Source: a virus
Lineage: Duplodnaviria > Caudoviricetes
IMG/VR virus record: IMGVR_UViG_3300032782_000002
Length of the DNA stretch: 64,000 bases
Direction: 5' to 3' (one strand)
Shown here: one piece after another, positions 38,010 through 49,135 of the stretch
Layout of the letters: each line of letters starts with the position of its first letter
How positions within the stretch are numbered: position 1 is the stretch's first letter
Position numbers and translations under genes: made by a program
Notes under the pieces: generated by a model
Seen by the model: only the letters and a program-made list of their open reading frames with translations
Database searches by the model: none
What the model was told of the DNA's origin: nothing

Positions 38010-38819
38010 TCAGCGGGTTTGGCGGGTGTACCGGTCGGTCAACTGCCGCAGCCGGCGCCCCGAGATCCCCTCGCGGGTGCGCGCTTCGGCCATGGCTGCC
38101 TCGGCGCCTCTGCAGAGCTTGTCGTAGAAGGCGGGCGCGTCGAAGGGCGCGGCCTCGACGATGCCCGAGACGGAGTTGAGCGCTTCGTCGGCGTACCGAA
38201 TGAGCAGCGCTTCGTGCTCGTCGGTGTCGTTGACGAGATCGGCGAGCATCCGGTTGCGGATCTCCTCATGGCTGATCCGGGGCCCGGCGGTATTGTCGGG
38301 GTTCTCGATCCACTCCACCATCAGCTCGATGGTCCCGGCGCAGTACGGCGCGTCGCACCGGCACGGGTGCTGGCTCTTGTCGATCGCCGCTTTGAGCCCC
38401 AGCCACCCGTAGTGGATGGTGATCTCCTCGCCGGCAGCGATGGGGCGCGTGGCGCGCACGAGCAGCGCGCTGTATTCGACGCGGCCCCACCGCGCGTTGG
38501 GTCGGCACGAGTGGTTGATGAGGTGCGCGCCGATCGCGTCGAGCTTCTCGGGGTAGAGATGAGCGTTCGTCGACGGCAGCAGCGCGGCGTACTCGTTGAT
38601 GAACTCGAAGCGCGCGCGATCGGTGGCGTGCAGCGCGAAGAGAGCCGTCCGGTCGATGGTCTTGCCGAGGTAGGCCGCGACGAAGTCGCCGGGCTTGAAG
38701 TCGCGCGTGGCGTACAGGCCCCGCATCGACTCGCCGGAGGGTAGCTGCCGCTCGCCGATGCGTATGCCCTCGTGGCGCAGCGCGCGGGTGATGTGTTTGC
38801 GTTCGGTCCAGGGTTTCAT
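38010..38819 (-). CDS. SET-domain protein with post-SET Cys motif
   Basis: RGLYATRDF, LINHSCRPN, IAAGEEITIHYG, CRCDAPYCAG. Confidence 0.9.
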   Translation of the reverse strand: MKPWTERKHITRALRHEGIRIGERQLPSGESMRGLYATRDFKPGDFVAAYLGKTIDRTALFALHATDRARFEFINEYAALLPSTNAHLYPEKLDAIGAHLINHSCRPNARWGRVEYSALLVRATRPIAAGEEITIHYGWLGLKAAIDKSQHPCRCDAPYCAGTIELMVEWIENPDNTAGPRISHEEIRNRMLADLVNDTDEHEALLIRYADEALNSVSGIVEAAPFDAPAFYDKLCRGAEAAMAEARTREGISGRRLRQLTDRYTRQTR

Positions 38820-39590
38820 GCGCGTAGCGACTCCGCCATCTCGCGGTGGCACTCGGGACTGCAGATGCACTCGCGATCCCCGCCCAGCGCCTCGACGGCC
38901 TTGTAGATGTCCTCGCCGCAGTTCATGCAGCGCCCCACCCGGACCTGCGTGCCGGGTGTCCACGGGATGTACTCGCCCACGCCGGCCCCGAATTGCCCGG
39001 CGGTGGGGTCCACGATCTCGCCCTGCGGTGTGACGCACCACCAGTGCTCGACGCGCCCGGCGGGAGCGACCATCACGTGCCCCGGGATCGCCTTCAGCTC
39101 CGGAAACGTCTCGACCATCTCGCGCGTCGCGCTCTGACACGTGCCGTAGAGGCGGTCGTGATGGCGCTTGGCGAACGCAGCGATCCACGCAGCATACTCA
39201 GGGTTCATGAGCCTCCTCACATGGCGGCAAGCTTGCGCAGGCAAAGCTTGCAGGTGACCTTCTCACGCTGGCGCGTCAGGTTGCGCACCGCGACGTAGAC
39301 CGTGTCGCAGATCTGCGCGCCGTCCTCGGCGTAGTGGACCTTGCGCGGCGTGAAGTGCAGGACCTCTTCCTTGGTGGCCTGGCGCGCTTCGGCCCAGCGC
39401 GGGTACACGTCGCGGCCGCCCAGCGCCAGGAACCGCTCGCGCAGCAGGGTCTGGATCTCCTCGGCGGCGAGCTGCAGTCGCACGTAGTCGGCTGCCGGGA
39501 AGATGCCGAGGATGCTGATCTCGACCACCGTGGCGATCGGGAATCGCGGCGGCGCCGTGAACGGGAGCTTCGGATCGTCCTTGTCGTCGC

Positions 39591-40007
39591 TCATCGACGG
39601 GTCCTCCGCTTGGCGTGGCGCTTGTCGAACTCGCGCTCGTGCGCCTCGCGCATCTCCTCGAACGAGTCGTAGACCGGCGCGTTCATGTCGAGCTGGCGCG
39701 CGTCGTACACGCCGATGCGCTCGGAGATGCGCATCATCTGCGACGGCTGCCCCAGCTTCTCCAGCAGGATGAGCGCCCCGGCGCAGTGGACCTCGCCCGT
39801 ACTGTCTCGCAACTCCAGCTCCAGCAAGCCGTCGTCGCGCTCCGGTGCGGAGTCGTAGTTGACCGTCTTGTGGCACGGGAACTCGCCGCGCACCAGGCCC
39901 TGCTCGATCTCGTCCACGCGCTCGGGGCGGATGAATGGGCGGATGTCCGAACGGAACGGGCAGCTGGTGCACGGCGTCTTGAGCGCGTAGGGCGGGTGGA
40001 CTCGCAT
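39591..40007 (-). CDS. Cys-rich phage protein (CxxCPF...FPCHKT...CAGA family)
   Basis: PCTSCPFR, FPCHKT, HCAGA. Confidence 0.7.
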   Translation of the reverse strand: MRVHPPYALKTPCTSCPFRSDIRPFIRPERVDEIEQGLVRGEFPCHKTVNYDSAPERDDGLLELELRDSTGEVHCAGALILLEKLGQPSQMMRISERIGVYDARQLDMNAPVYDSFEEMREAHEREFDKRHAKRRTRR

Positions 40008-41094
40008 TACTTCTCCACGTCGGTCAGCACCTTGCGCAGCAGCGGCACGGTCTTGATCGGCCAGTCCAGCGCCACCTCGATGGCCAGCGCGCGTATCGCT
40101 TCGATCTGTAGCAGCTCCATGGCGCCCGGCTTCTTGGCGGCGATGATGTACAGATGGGCTCCGGCGAAGAGAAAGACCTGCGTATCGGTGCGGTGTACGT
40201 AGATGCGAGACGGCCCGTACATCAGCACGCGCGCGGCTTCGTGCACCTCGTCGGGGATGTGGCGCTGCATGAAGTGTTTGAGGGCGCGTGTCTCGCTGTC
40301 GTTGAGGGGTATGTCGAGCCACTCGTCGGCGCTACGGATTGCGACCCAGTCGTGCTGCGCCATGTAGAGCTGAAGCCCCATCAGTTGAGCGTGCGCGGGT
40401 TGTCGCGGGTGAGGCGCCGTTCGAGCAAGCGGGCACCGAGGTTGTCGTACGCGCGGTGGGTGGGGAGATCCTCGCGGCGCGCCAGGATGAGGATGCCCGT
40501 GTCGTCCGGGTGGCCGCACAGGGTGCAGATGCAGATGAGCGCGCCCCCGCGCACGACGCAGTACGCCACGGGGCCCCGGCATCCCCCGGGATGGCTGTCC
40601 TTGCAGTCACACTCGCAGTGAGCGGCCATCAGGCACCTCGCGTTCTGGTGACGCACGCTTCGATCAACAGGTAGTCGCACCGGAGGCAACGCCTGTCTCG
40701 CGGCCGTAGTTCGCTCAGCGTCGCCGGGCGTGCCTCGGGGCTGTAGGGCAGTCCGCAACGCGACTCGGAGGCGCGCGCGGGGAATTGATGCGGCGTGTGC
40801 TGTGCCGGCAGGATGTACCACCCCGACATCGCGACCGTCGTCATCCCGCGCCTCGTGTCTTGGTGAGGTACTCCTCGAACTCCTCGCGCGTCAGCTCGAC
40901 CTGTTCCTTCGAGTGCACGCGGCGGTAGTAATCGGCGGCCTGATCGTGCACGGCCTTCTCCATGCGGTCGGCCATGAAGGGGTCGACGGTGCGCAGCGCC
41001 TCCAGCCCGGTCAGGCCGGTCGGCACGCGCGCGAGCAGCCGGTGCTTGCGGCTCACCTGCTGGTAGCCGGCGGCGATGAGATCGTCGACGCGGC

Positions 41095-41718
41095 TCACGA
41101 CTCGTCCTTCGGGGTGAAGGCGCCGAAGTTGCCGCCGGCTTCCTTGTGGGCGCGCAGCTGCGCAGCGATGGCGCGGCCGCGCGGGGTCAGCCGGTAGCGC
41201 GGGTTGACGGCGGACCCCAGGTTCTCCAAGAGGCCCTCGCGCGCCAGATCGTCCACGCAGTCCCAGTCGTCGTGGTGGGTGAGCGTCTTGTCGCCCTTGA
41301 GGCGAGTCGGGTGGGCGCTGCCGTCGCCGTTGCGGCCGACAAGCATCGGGTGCCGATTGGCGTGGCAGCGCATGCTCTCTCGCTGCGGGCTCCCGCCGTG
41401 GTCGACGCAGCGTGTCTCGATGTAGCCGAACGTCGACCAGTGGTCCTTGCCGAAGTCGGCCATGGTCGGGACCGGCTCGGCGGCCGTCTGCGCGGCTTTG
41501 CGGCGCTCGGCTCGGTTGCCGACGCCGCGGTCCGTGGCCGGATCGCAGTCCTCCGGGTACGCGAGCACCTTGCTTGCCGGCTGCGTGTCCAGCTCGATCC
41601 AGGCGCGCACGCCGTCGGTGAGGATGCGCGTTACCCGGCCGCTCTTGTTGATCGTCTTGTCGTCCTCGTCCTTGCGCACGAAGACGGGCTGCCCCGTGTG
41701 AAACTTGTTGACGCTCAT
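41095..41718 (-). CDS. Hypothetical phage protein
   Basis: Clean coupled ORF. Confidence 0.65.
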   Translation of the reverse strand: MSVNKFHTGQPVFVRKDEDDKTINKSGRVTRILTDGVRAWIELDTQPASKVLAYPEDCDPATDRGVGNRAERRKAAQTAAEPVPTMADFGKDHWSTFGYIETRCVDHGGSPQRESMRCHANRHPMLVGRNGDGSAHPTRLKGDKTLTHHDDWDCVDDLAREGLLENLGSAVNPRYRLTPRGRAIAAQLRAHKEAGGNFGAFTPKDES

Positions 41719-41914
41719 GACTGGGTTCCTTTCAACGGCAGCTGGTTGCCGTTCTTGTCGGTCGGGCGACGCCGTCGCCGCTTCGGGGGCAGCGCGCTCG
41801 TGGGGATGTCGGCGCAGATGCGGGTCTTGCCGCAGTCCTCGCAGGGGCCTTCGCTGCGCGTGAAGATGAAGACGTTGGGGTGCCGCTTCCGGAGGCACGG
41901 TCCGCAGATGAACA

Positions 41915-42562
41915 TCAGGGATTCTCCTGTAATGCGCGCTCGCGCTGGACGCGCAGCCAGTTGTCCAGGGGGATGAGCGCGCGTCGCCCCAGCTTGTCGA
42001 TGGCAGCGTAGATCGTGGCGGCGTGCACGCCGAGCATGGCGGGATCGGCATTGGCGAGCCAGAAGAGCTGGGCGTCGCTCATCTGCCCCGGCTCGTAGTC
42101 GGGGCGATCGAGTTCGCGATCCAGCCTGAGGAGCTTCTCGATGAACGCCCACGCCGTACCGTACGGCAGCACCGTGTAGTCGAAGAAGTGCTGCTCTTCC
42201 TCCGGATCCCAGCGCGGGGGTAGACCAGACGTCGCCGCGCGGAACTGTGTGCCGCCCTCGTCGTAGTGGTCGGCCGGCCCGATGTAGAGATACGGCGCGA
42301 TGTGCTCGAAGACCCAGCGTGTCGGATCGAGCACGCGCTTGTCGGGCAGGATCACCCAGCCGTGCTGTACGAAGAGAGGACCGGTGCGGTAGAAGCGCGA
42401 CTTGGGGTGTACGGGGCCGAGCCAGTGGCCGTAGACGGCGACGCCCTTGACGGCGCCGCGATCGACGAGTCGGCAGGCGATCTCGTAGCAGCGACCGGCC
42501 CACTTGGTGGCGGGCTCGCCAAGGACCTTCTCGGCGCGCTTGAGCGTGAGGATGGCGCCCAT
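41915..42562 (-). CDS. Hypothetical protein, possible transglutaminase-like Cys-His-Asp triad
   Basis: GRCYE...HGWV...VLDPT; a similar pattern occurs in ORF 38816-39208 (GTC...HWW...IVDPT). Confidence 0.5.
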   Translation of the reverse strand: MGAILTLKRAEKVLGEPATKWAGRCYEIACRLVDRGAVKGVAVYGHWLGPVHPKSRFYRTGPLFVQHGWVILPDKRVLDPTRWVFEHIAPYLYIGPADHYDEGGTQFRAATSGLPPRWDPEEEQHFFDYTVLPYGTAWAFIEKLLRLDRELDRPDYEPGQMSDAQLFWLANADPAMLGVHAATIYAAIDKLGRRALIPLDNWLRVQRERALQENP

Positions 42563-43527
42563 GCTATGCGAGCAGCAGTTTGGCGATGGCCGCGGTCCGA
42601 TCGCCGAAGTTGAGGTGACTGCCCACCGACTTCTCGGCGAGCGCCCAGGCCGAGGCGTCGAGATCGGCCGGGATCGTCGCGCCGTGCGGCAGCGAGATCT
42701 CGTAGATGCCCGGGTATGCCGGGCCGGCTTTGATTCCCCCCGGGTCCACCGTGGCCCGCACCGGGCATACGGGCCAGCGCTCGCCGTTCATCTCGACGTA
42801 CTCGATCGGCTGCCACGCCAGGGGTGCCGTGGCGCAGCCGACAGCTCTCGCGGCGAGCGTCCGCGTCTCGTAGAGTGTGCGCTTGACGGCGCCGAGCGCG
42901 TGAACCTCGCCGCTGTTCGAGGCGCGCTCGAACTGCCAGATCACCACTGTGACGACGCCCTTCTTGCGCGTGCTCATTCCGCGTCGTCCTTCTTGACCGG
43001 CTTGACCGGTGCGGGCGGCAGCAGGCCCTTGATGCGCTCGTCGCTGCGCAGCGCCTTGATGGCCGGGCTCACCGACTGGCTGTACCAGTCGCGCCACTGC
43101 TTGTCGGGGCCGGACGACGGCAGCCGGTCGATCCGGACCAGCTCCGCGTTGCGCGCGAGCGCCTTGTGGGCGCTGTTGACGCGGCGCACGTTGCCCGGCA
43201 TGGACGACTTGACGACGTCCAGGTCGTCCACCGTCGCGCGGGCGCCGACGCCGCTGACGTTGCGCATGTCGCGCTTGTACTTGTCCTGCAGGATCGGGCG
43301 CATCGACGAGATCTTGCGCCGCAGCGACTCGACCTCCTCACTGCTCGTGCGGGGCGTGTGGTCGTACCCCATGATGTACTTGAGCATGATGTTGTACGGG
43401 ATGATGGTGCCCGCCGACTTGTCCGCGGCCCACGCGAGCAGCATCGCTCCCCGCGCCGGGATGGACATGGTCATGTCCATCTTGAAGCCCTTGAAGAACG
43501 CGCCCCAGTTGATCGTGGTGCTCATGG

Positions 43528-44484
43528 TCAGTGGTCTCCCTTGTCCGTGCTCTGGTACGACTCTTCGACGAGGCGCATGGCCTCGACAGCCTTTTCAAAG
43601 TGCCCGCGCGCGTCCGGCGACGGGTTGTGATCCGGGTGGTACTCGCGCGCGAGCTTGCGGTAGTTCTTCTTCGCGAGACTGTAGCTGGCGAAGTCCACGG
43701 CACCCCCGGCATGCCGCGGAGGGTCGATGCCCAGCAGCGTGCACGCGTCGCGCAGCTCTCGCCGCTTGGTGGACGGCTTGATGATCGGCTCGTCGAGATC
43801 TGCGTTCTTCTTGACCGAGCGGATGCGCGCGTTGAGCAGCTTCACGAGCGACTGCACCTCGGCCTCGCACTGGCCGCGCAGCCGGTCGCGCACGCGCGGG
43901 TCCATCTCGGTCCCCAGCTCGCAATCCAGTACACGCAGGATGGCGGCTCGCACGGCCGTCCACGCATCGGATGGGGGCGGCGCGGACGTCGGCTCTTTGG
44001 ACGCGCGCACCGCCCTCGTCTCGGGCGGTCGGCATCGATACGATCGGCCGTTAGGCAGCCGTCGCATGATCCACGAGTCGTAGATCCGCAGCTCCTGCTC
44101 GACGGCTTGTTGCACGCTGATGGATTGCTGCTTCGCGGCGATGCGTGCGCGGCTCACGATGCCGGCGGCGCTGTTGAGCGTCATGCGCTCGGGGCCGTCT
44201 ACGCGCTCCCAGATGATGTCGCTCGCGGGCTGGGCGCGACGCAGCATCATGCGCGCCTCGGTGTCGTTGATGCCGACGCCGAGTGTGGCGGCGAGCCACT
44301 TGGCACCGCCCATCTTGTGGGCGTCCTCCGGCGCGAGCACACGGGCCACGTCCCACATGCGCCCCTCGATCTCGGCGCGTTGGCGATCCGTGGTGGTGTA
44401 GGACCACATGGCGCGCAGATCGGCCATGTCGATCTTGGGGTTGCGCGACGGCGGCGGCTCAGGGGGTTGTTGGCTGGTCATCAC
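43528..44484 (-). CDS. Protein with C-terminal DnaJ (J) domain
   Basis: AKKNYRKLAREYHPDHN...FEKAVEAMRLV. Confidence 0.85.
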   Translation of the reverse strand: MMTSQQPPEPPPSRNPKIDMADLRAMWSYTTTDRQRAEIEGRMWDVARVLAPEDAHKMGGAKWLAATLGVGINDTEARMMLRRAQPASDIIWERVDGPERMTLNSAAGIVSRARIAAKQQSISVQQAVEQELRIYDSWIMRRLPNGRSYRCRPPETRAVRASKEPTSAPPPSDAWTAVRAAILRVLDCELGTEMDPRVRDRLRGQCEAEVQSLVKLLNARIRSVKKNADLDEPIIKPSTKRRELRDACTLLGIDPPRHAGGAVDFASYSLAKKNYRKLAREYHPDHNPSPDARGHFEKAVEAMRLVEESYQSTDKGDH

Positions 44485-44805
44485 GGGCGGCTCCGCTTGA
44501 TGCGCTCGCGGATGCGCGCGATGGCGGCATCGTCGAGCGGCTTGTCGTAGATGCGCGTGGTGGGGGCGGGGCCCTTGCGCGGCGGCACGCGTACGCCGTG
44601 CTCCTGTAGCGTCTCGCGCGTGACGGGGCGTGAGACGTGCTCGGGCGGGTAGCTGTACTCGTCCTCGATCGGCTCGGGCGGCGGACGACGGCGGCGGCTC
44701 ATGCGCACCTCGGGCGGACGTCGAACCGCCAGTCGGGATGCTCGGCGCGGCCCTGCGCGGCGCACGCGGCGGCTTCCCTGAGCGACGCGAGCGGCGGCGT
44801 GTCGT

Positions 44806-45906
44806 TCACGACTCGTCCTCCTCGATGGGCTTGAGCCCCAGATCGCGCTCGATACGGTGGAACCGCTTGTCGAGACGCACCAGCACGTCCACGATCTGTG
44901 TCAGGCGCTCGGCGATGACGGCGAAGGGATCCTCGACGGCGGCGGTGGGCATCGCGGCGGGTGTCGTGAGGGTCTCTTCCGGCGACGCCGACGTCAGGCT
45001 GGGCATGGCGGCTGGTGTCAGGCCGCCGCCCCAGAGCACGTCACTCAGCTGCTCGTCGGTCATCTCGCGCACGAAGGTCTGCATGGTCTCCGGGATCTGC
45101 CACAACACACCCGGACCGTTCATGCCTGTGCCGATCTGCTCGTGGCGTTCGATGAGCCCCGCCTCGCGCAGTTTCTTGCCGAGGCGGCTCGTCTCGGCCG
45201 CGATGGTGATCCGATAGATGGGCGGGCGCTGGCCATCCGCGCACGCATGTAGCCATCGGCGCACGTCGTCGAGGATGCGCTGGCGCTTGCCGGCGTAGGT
45301 GCTCGGGACGGGATCCTTTGACGGGGTGTACGGCGGCGGCACCGCTGCGGCGGCGGCGGTGTCGGTGTCGGTGTCGGTGTCGGAGACGCCGATCTCGACG
45401 TCGGGGATAGGCGGCGGCTGCTCGGCCTTCATGATCGCCAGGACGTCGTTCAACTCGAACGTGGCCCCGGATTGCGCGAGCGCGATGAGCTTTCGCGTCG
45501 CGACGGTGCCGCCCGCCGGGCCGCGCAGCATGGCGACCAGCCCCATGGCTACGAAGCGTTCGACATAGCTGCGCAGCACGTGACGAGGAATGGAGTCGCT
45601 GATGGCGTGGACCGGCATCCGGTTGCCCGCGGCCAGGTGGATGAGCCACTGCTGGATGGCGCCCGCGATCTCGGTCAGATCGTACCGGGTGTGCGGCTGA
45701 TGCTGCGACACGACGGCTTCCTCCTCCTCGACGGGCTTCTCGGCGGGCGCCTCGACGCTGACAGGCGCCGACTCCGGTACCGGCGTCGCCACTCTGGCCA
45801 GTGCTTGCGCGAGCTGGTTGCCGCGTAGCGGCTCGGGGCTCTTGCCGCGCTCCGTGTACGTGTTGTGCGAGTAGGACGGATCGACCTGGATGGTTCGGCG
45901 GCTCAC
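44806..45906 (-). CDS. Hypothetical protein
   Basis: 366-aa ORF with a low-complexity DT/A linker. Confidence 0.6.
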   Translation of the reverse strand: MSRRTIQVDPSYSHNTYTERGKSPEPLRGNQLAQALARVATPVPESAPVSVEAPAEKPVEEEEAVVSQHQPHTRYDLTEIAGAIQQWLIHLAAGNRMPVHAISDSIPRHVLRSYVERFVAMGLVAMLRGPAGGTVATRKLIALAQSGATFELNDVLAIMKAEQPPPIPDVEIGVSDTDTDTDTAAAAAVPPPYTPSKDPVPSTYAGKRQRILDDVRRWLHACADGQRPPIYRITIAAETSRLGKKLREAGLIERHEQIGTGMNGPGVLWQIPETMQTFVREMTDEQLSDVLWGGGLTPAAMPSLTSASPEETLTTPAAMPTAAVEDPFAVIAERLTQIVDVLVRLDKRFHRIERDLGLKPIEEDES

Positions 45907-48226
45907 GTGGATGCTCGCTTCCTCTTTGCGCGGTAGGTGGTCTTGGACGCGCGGACGCGGACGAACGGCGGCCAGATCAGCGCGGTGACGGTGGCGTATG
46001 TCGGCCGCGTCTTCCTTGGCGGCCGTGCGGGCTGCCCCCGACCTCTCGGTATGTGACGCTGGCCGCGCTGTCGGTGCCGCCCTCGTAGACGAAGTTCACA
46101 GGATCTCGCGGCGTGTGCGCAGCGCCTTGAGCACGGCCTGGAACCGCGCTGTAGGGTCGTGGTTGACGGGCCACTGCCTCATCTCGACGACGGCGGCCTT
46201 GATGTCTTCGAGCGACAGCGTGAGATCGGCCATGGCCTTCAGCTCCCCGACATCGAACGTGATGCCGAGAGCGGTGGCAGCGGCGAAGTAGGCGAGCTGC
46301 GCCTCGGCGCGGTTGACGGTGCGGGCCATTCAGCCGTCCCTCCGCAGCGGCTTGATGGCGCGCACCGGGGCGGGTGCGATGCGGGCGAGGCGGGTCGGCC
46401 AGTGGGTCGACACGGCGCCGCGGAACGCGTTGATGGCGGGCGACATGGCGGCGCCGCACTCGGCGGCCGTCGTCTCGCCCGGAATGTCGATCTCGAACAC
46501 GACTTGGATCTTCATGCGCTTCTCCTGTGCGGCTTGGCCATCTCGATGGCGATGGCCGCGTCGGTTGCGGTGTCGATGAGACCTTCTCTGATCTCGGCAG
46601 ATACCCAGTGCGCTCTGTCGAGCACTGTGGTGGTGATGGACGGGTCCTCGATGCCCGGGAATGCTTCGCGGATAGCCCAGAGGAACCTGCGTGCGACGCG
46701 GAAGGGATCCTGCTCTCCCATGCCTGCTGACAGGCCGATCTCGTGGCGCACGTAGAGGCACACGCCGTGGGGCATGCGGGCCCCGCCGCCTTCCCGCACC
46801 GGCCGGCGCAGTCTCTCGGTCCAGGGCAGCCACACGTCGCACGATCGGGTGCCGGTCGCCTTGCGGACCGTGGCGATGAGGCGCGGCCGCTGCTCGATGG
46901 GGACGTCCGCGAAGATGTCCGTCAGGAACGTGGTGCCCATCAGCGCTTCCTCACTTTGGCCAGCTGCGCGGCGGCTCGGTTGAGCGCTCTGTCGTACGCC
47001 AGCGCGGCGTCGACAAGATCGGTCAGGGTAGTCCACGTGACCCCGTCGAGGGAGCCGTCCGACCTGCCATGCGGTGGCCGGTTCTGCGCCTCCGCGAGGA
47101 CTTCGCTCAGCTGCGCGATGTTGTCGCCGCGCGCGGTGTGGGCGAAGCGGGCGAGGCACGAGCGGGCGCGTTCGAGCTGCGTGCGCGGCGGCGGGTTGCG
47201 GGTGCTGCTCATGCTACGGCCCGGCCGAACGAGGTGATGGTCCTGCATGCCGCCTCGGCGCGCAGCAAGAGTGCGATCTCGGTCCACACCTTGTGCAGCG
47301 GGCCGCGCACGTCCGGCTTGATGCCCATCTGCTCGGTGACCGTACGGCGGATGAACCGGCGCGACGCGGTGCGCGAGGGCGGATCCTTGGTGTATCCGAG
47401 GTGGTTGGCCGCGTCGCACGTTAGGCACCACAGCAGCTCGGCGACGGTGGTCAGCGCCCGCGCGTCGTACTTGTCGGCGCCGTCGTGATCGTAGATGACG
47501 ACGTGGTGCTCCTCGATGCGGGGCTGGCGCGGCGTCTTCGACGTGCGCACCTCCCAGATGGGGCGCGCCGCGCTGTGGTGCAGGAGCAGGTTGGACAGCA
47601 CGTGGTTGCCGCACCGGAAGTTGGCGTTGACGTCCTCCTGGCTCATGGTGGCGAGCTTGCGCTCCCGGCGTCGCTTGGCCTGTCGCTTCGCGCGCTCCGC
47701 AGCGCGGCACCGCTTGGCCTCGATCTTCGACGAGACACGCTCCGCCAGCCGCCCCGACTTCTCCGAGCAGGCCAGGCAGTAGCGGCGCACGTCGTCTCGC
47801 CGCGGTCGGCTCGGCCCCAGCACACCTGGGTGCGCCTCGTTCGGGCAGTTCCAGCGAATCATCTTGGTCATGTGGTGGTCTCCGGGATGAACGCGCGTGT
47901 GATGAACTGGTACGGCAGCTCGACGTGGCGCGCCTTCACGTTGCTGCCGAAGAAGGCGCCGCACTTGGGGCACGCCGTGCGCGGGTACTTCCGACCCCGG
48001 CGCGATCCGCCTCGGCCGATCACGGGGGCACCGGCCGGCCGAAGTGGCGCGCAGCCATCTGCGCCAGGTTCCGTTTGCCCGTGGCGGTGGCGATGACGCC
48101 GCACTTGGCGCACTGGTCCTCGGTCTCGTTGACTGGGCGCCACACGTGGTGCGGCTCGCACCGGTACGCGCGGATGAGCAGGATGGTCTGGCGCGCGAGG
48201 GCGGCGACTTCCATGAAGGGACCTCT

Positions 48227-48270
48227 AGTATATCAGGTTCTGATTGAAGTGCAAGTGCCGTTGCACTGGC
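48227..48270 (-). promoter_or_regulatory. Promoter with overlapping palindromic operator
   Basis: TTGCAC-16 bp-TATACT; GCCAGTGC-AACG-GCACTTGC overlaps the -35. Confidence 0.7.
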
Positions 48271-48279
48271 ACTGAGGGG

Positions 48280-48891
48280 CTAGCGTTGCCCCTGGTGCGC
48301 CTCGCGAGCGTGTCGATCGTTCTCCTCGCGGGCGAACCGTTCGACGTCGCCGGTGCGCTCGATGCGCCGCTTGAGCCACTGCCGCTGGATGCGACACGCG
48401 CGGCGGTAGGCGCGCAAGATCCAGCGGTCGGTGGAAGACGATCCGCGCCCGCACATGGCCGGCAGCTCGAAGTGCGTAGGCGGCAGCAGACCGAGGCGCA
48501 TGAACGCCTCGCAGATCTCCCAGGCCATGTCCATGCCCCCGCCTGTCAGCGCGAGGCCCCACTGATCGTCGTCGCCGTCGAACTGCACGAGGACGAGCGG
48601 CAGGTGCTTGATGCGGCGCGCAGCGCGTGCGACGTCGGTGCACACACGCGGCGGCAGCGGGTAGTAGTAGTTCATCGCGGGCGGGTAGCCCTGATGCCAG
48701 TCGCACTTGCCGTGCTCCTCGACCAGGCCGTCGACGGCCAGCATGTCCTTCTGGCAGCCCAGACACTCGACGAACTCGAAGTAGTTGTAGTTGCCCTCGT
48801 CGGAACCGACTTCGTGCTCGTTCCAGCGGTAGTCGATGGGCTTGGTCTCGATCGCGTCGGTGTGCAGCTCCGTGGTCCGCGGGCGCTTCAC
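48280..48891 (-). CDS. Hypothetical phage protein
   Basis: Clean ORF containing GLALTGGGMDMAWEICEAF. Confidence 0.65.
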   Translation of the reverse strand: MKRPRTTELHTDAIETKPIDYRWNEHEVGSDEGNYNYFEFVECLGCQKDMLAVDGLVEEHGKCDWHQGYPPAMNYYYPLPPRVCTDVARAARRIKHLPLVLVQFDGDDDQWGLALTGGGMDMAWEICEAFMRLGLLPPTHFELPAMCGRGSSSTDRWILRAYRRACRIQRQWLKRRIERTGDVERFAREENDRHAREAHQGQR

Positions 48892-49124
48892 GGCGCCGCC
48901 TTGATGGCGCGGATGCGCGCCTTCTCGAAGGCCGCCTTCAGGCGCGGCTCCTTGTTCAGCCAGCGGCGCAGGGTGTCGACGCTGATCTTGAGGCGCCGCG
49001 CGGTGCCGTTGAGGTTGCCCTCCTCGGCTTTGACAGCCGGCAGCAGATCGTCGCGGAGAGCGGCCGAGCGGTCGTCGGCGAACTTGCGGCTGAGCTTCGG
49101 GTTGAGCAGGCGGGTGGGGTCCAC
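48888..49124 (-). CDS. Fis-type helix-turn-helix protein
   Basis: EGNLNGTARRLKISVDTLRRWL. Confidence 0.75.
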   Translation of the reverse strand: MDPTRLLNPKLSRKFADDRSAALRDDLLPAVKAEEGNLNGTARRLKISVDTLRRWLNKEPRLKAAFEKARIRAIKAAP

Positions 49125-49135
49125 GTGGTTTTCTC

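Noticed and set aside
45358-45382. (GGTGTC)n microsatellite as a phase-variation site
   Set aside because: In-frame hexamer encoding a DT linker, so length changes would not shift the frame
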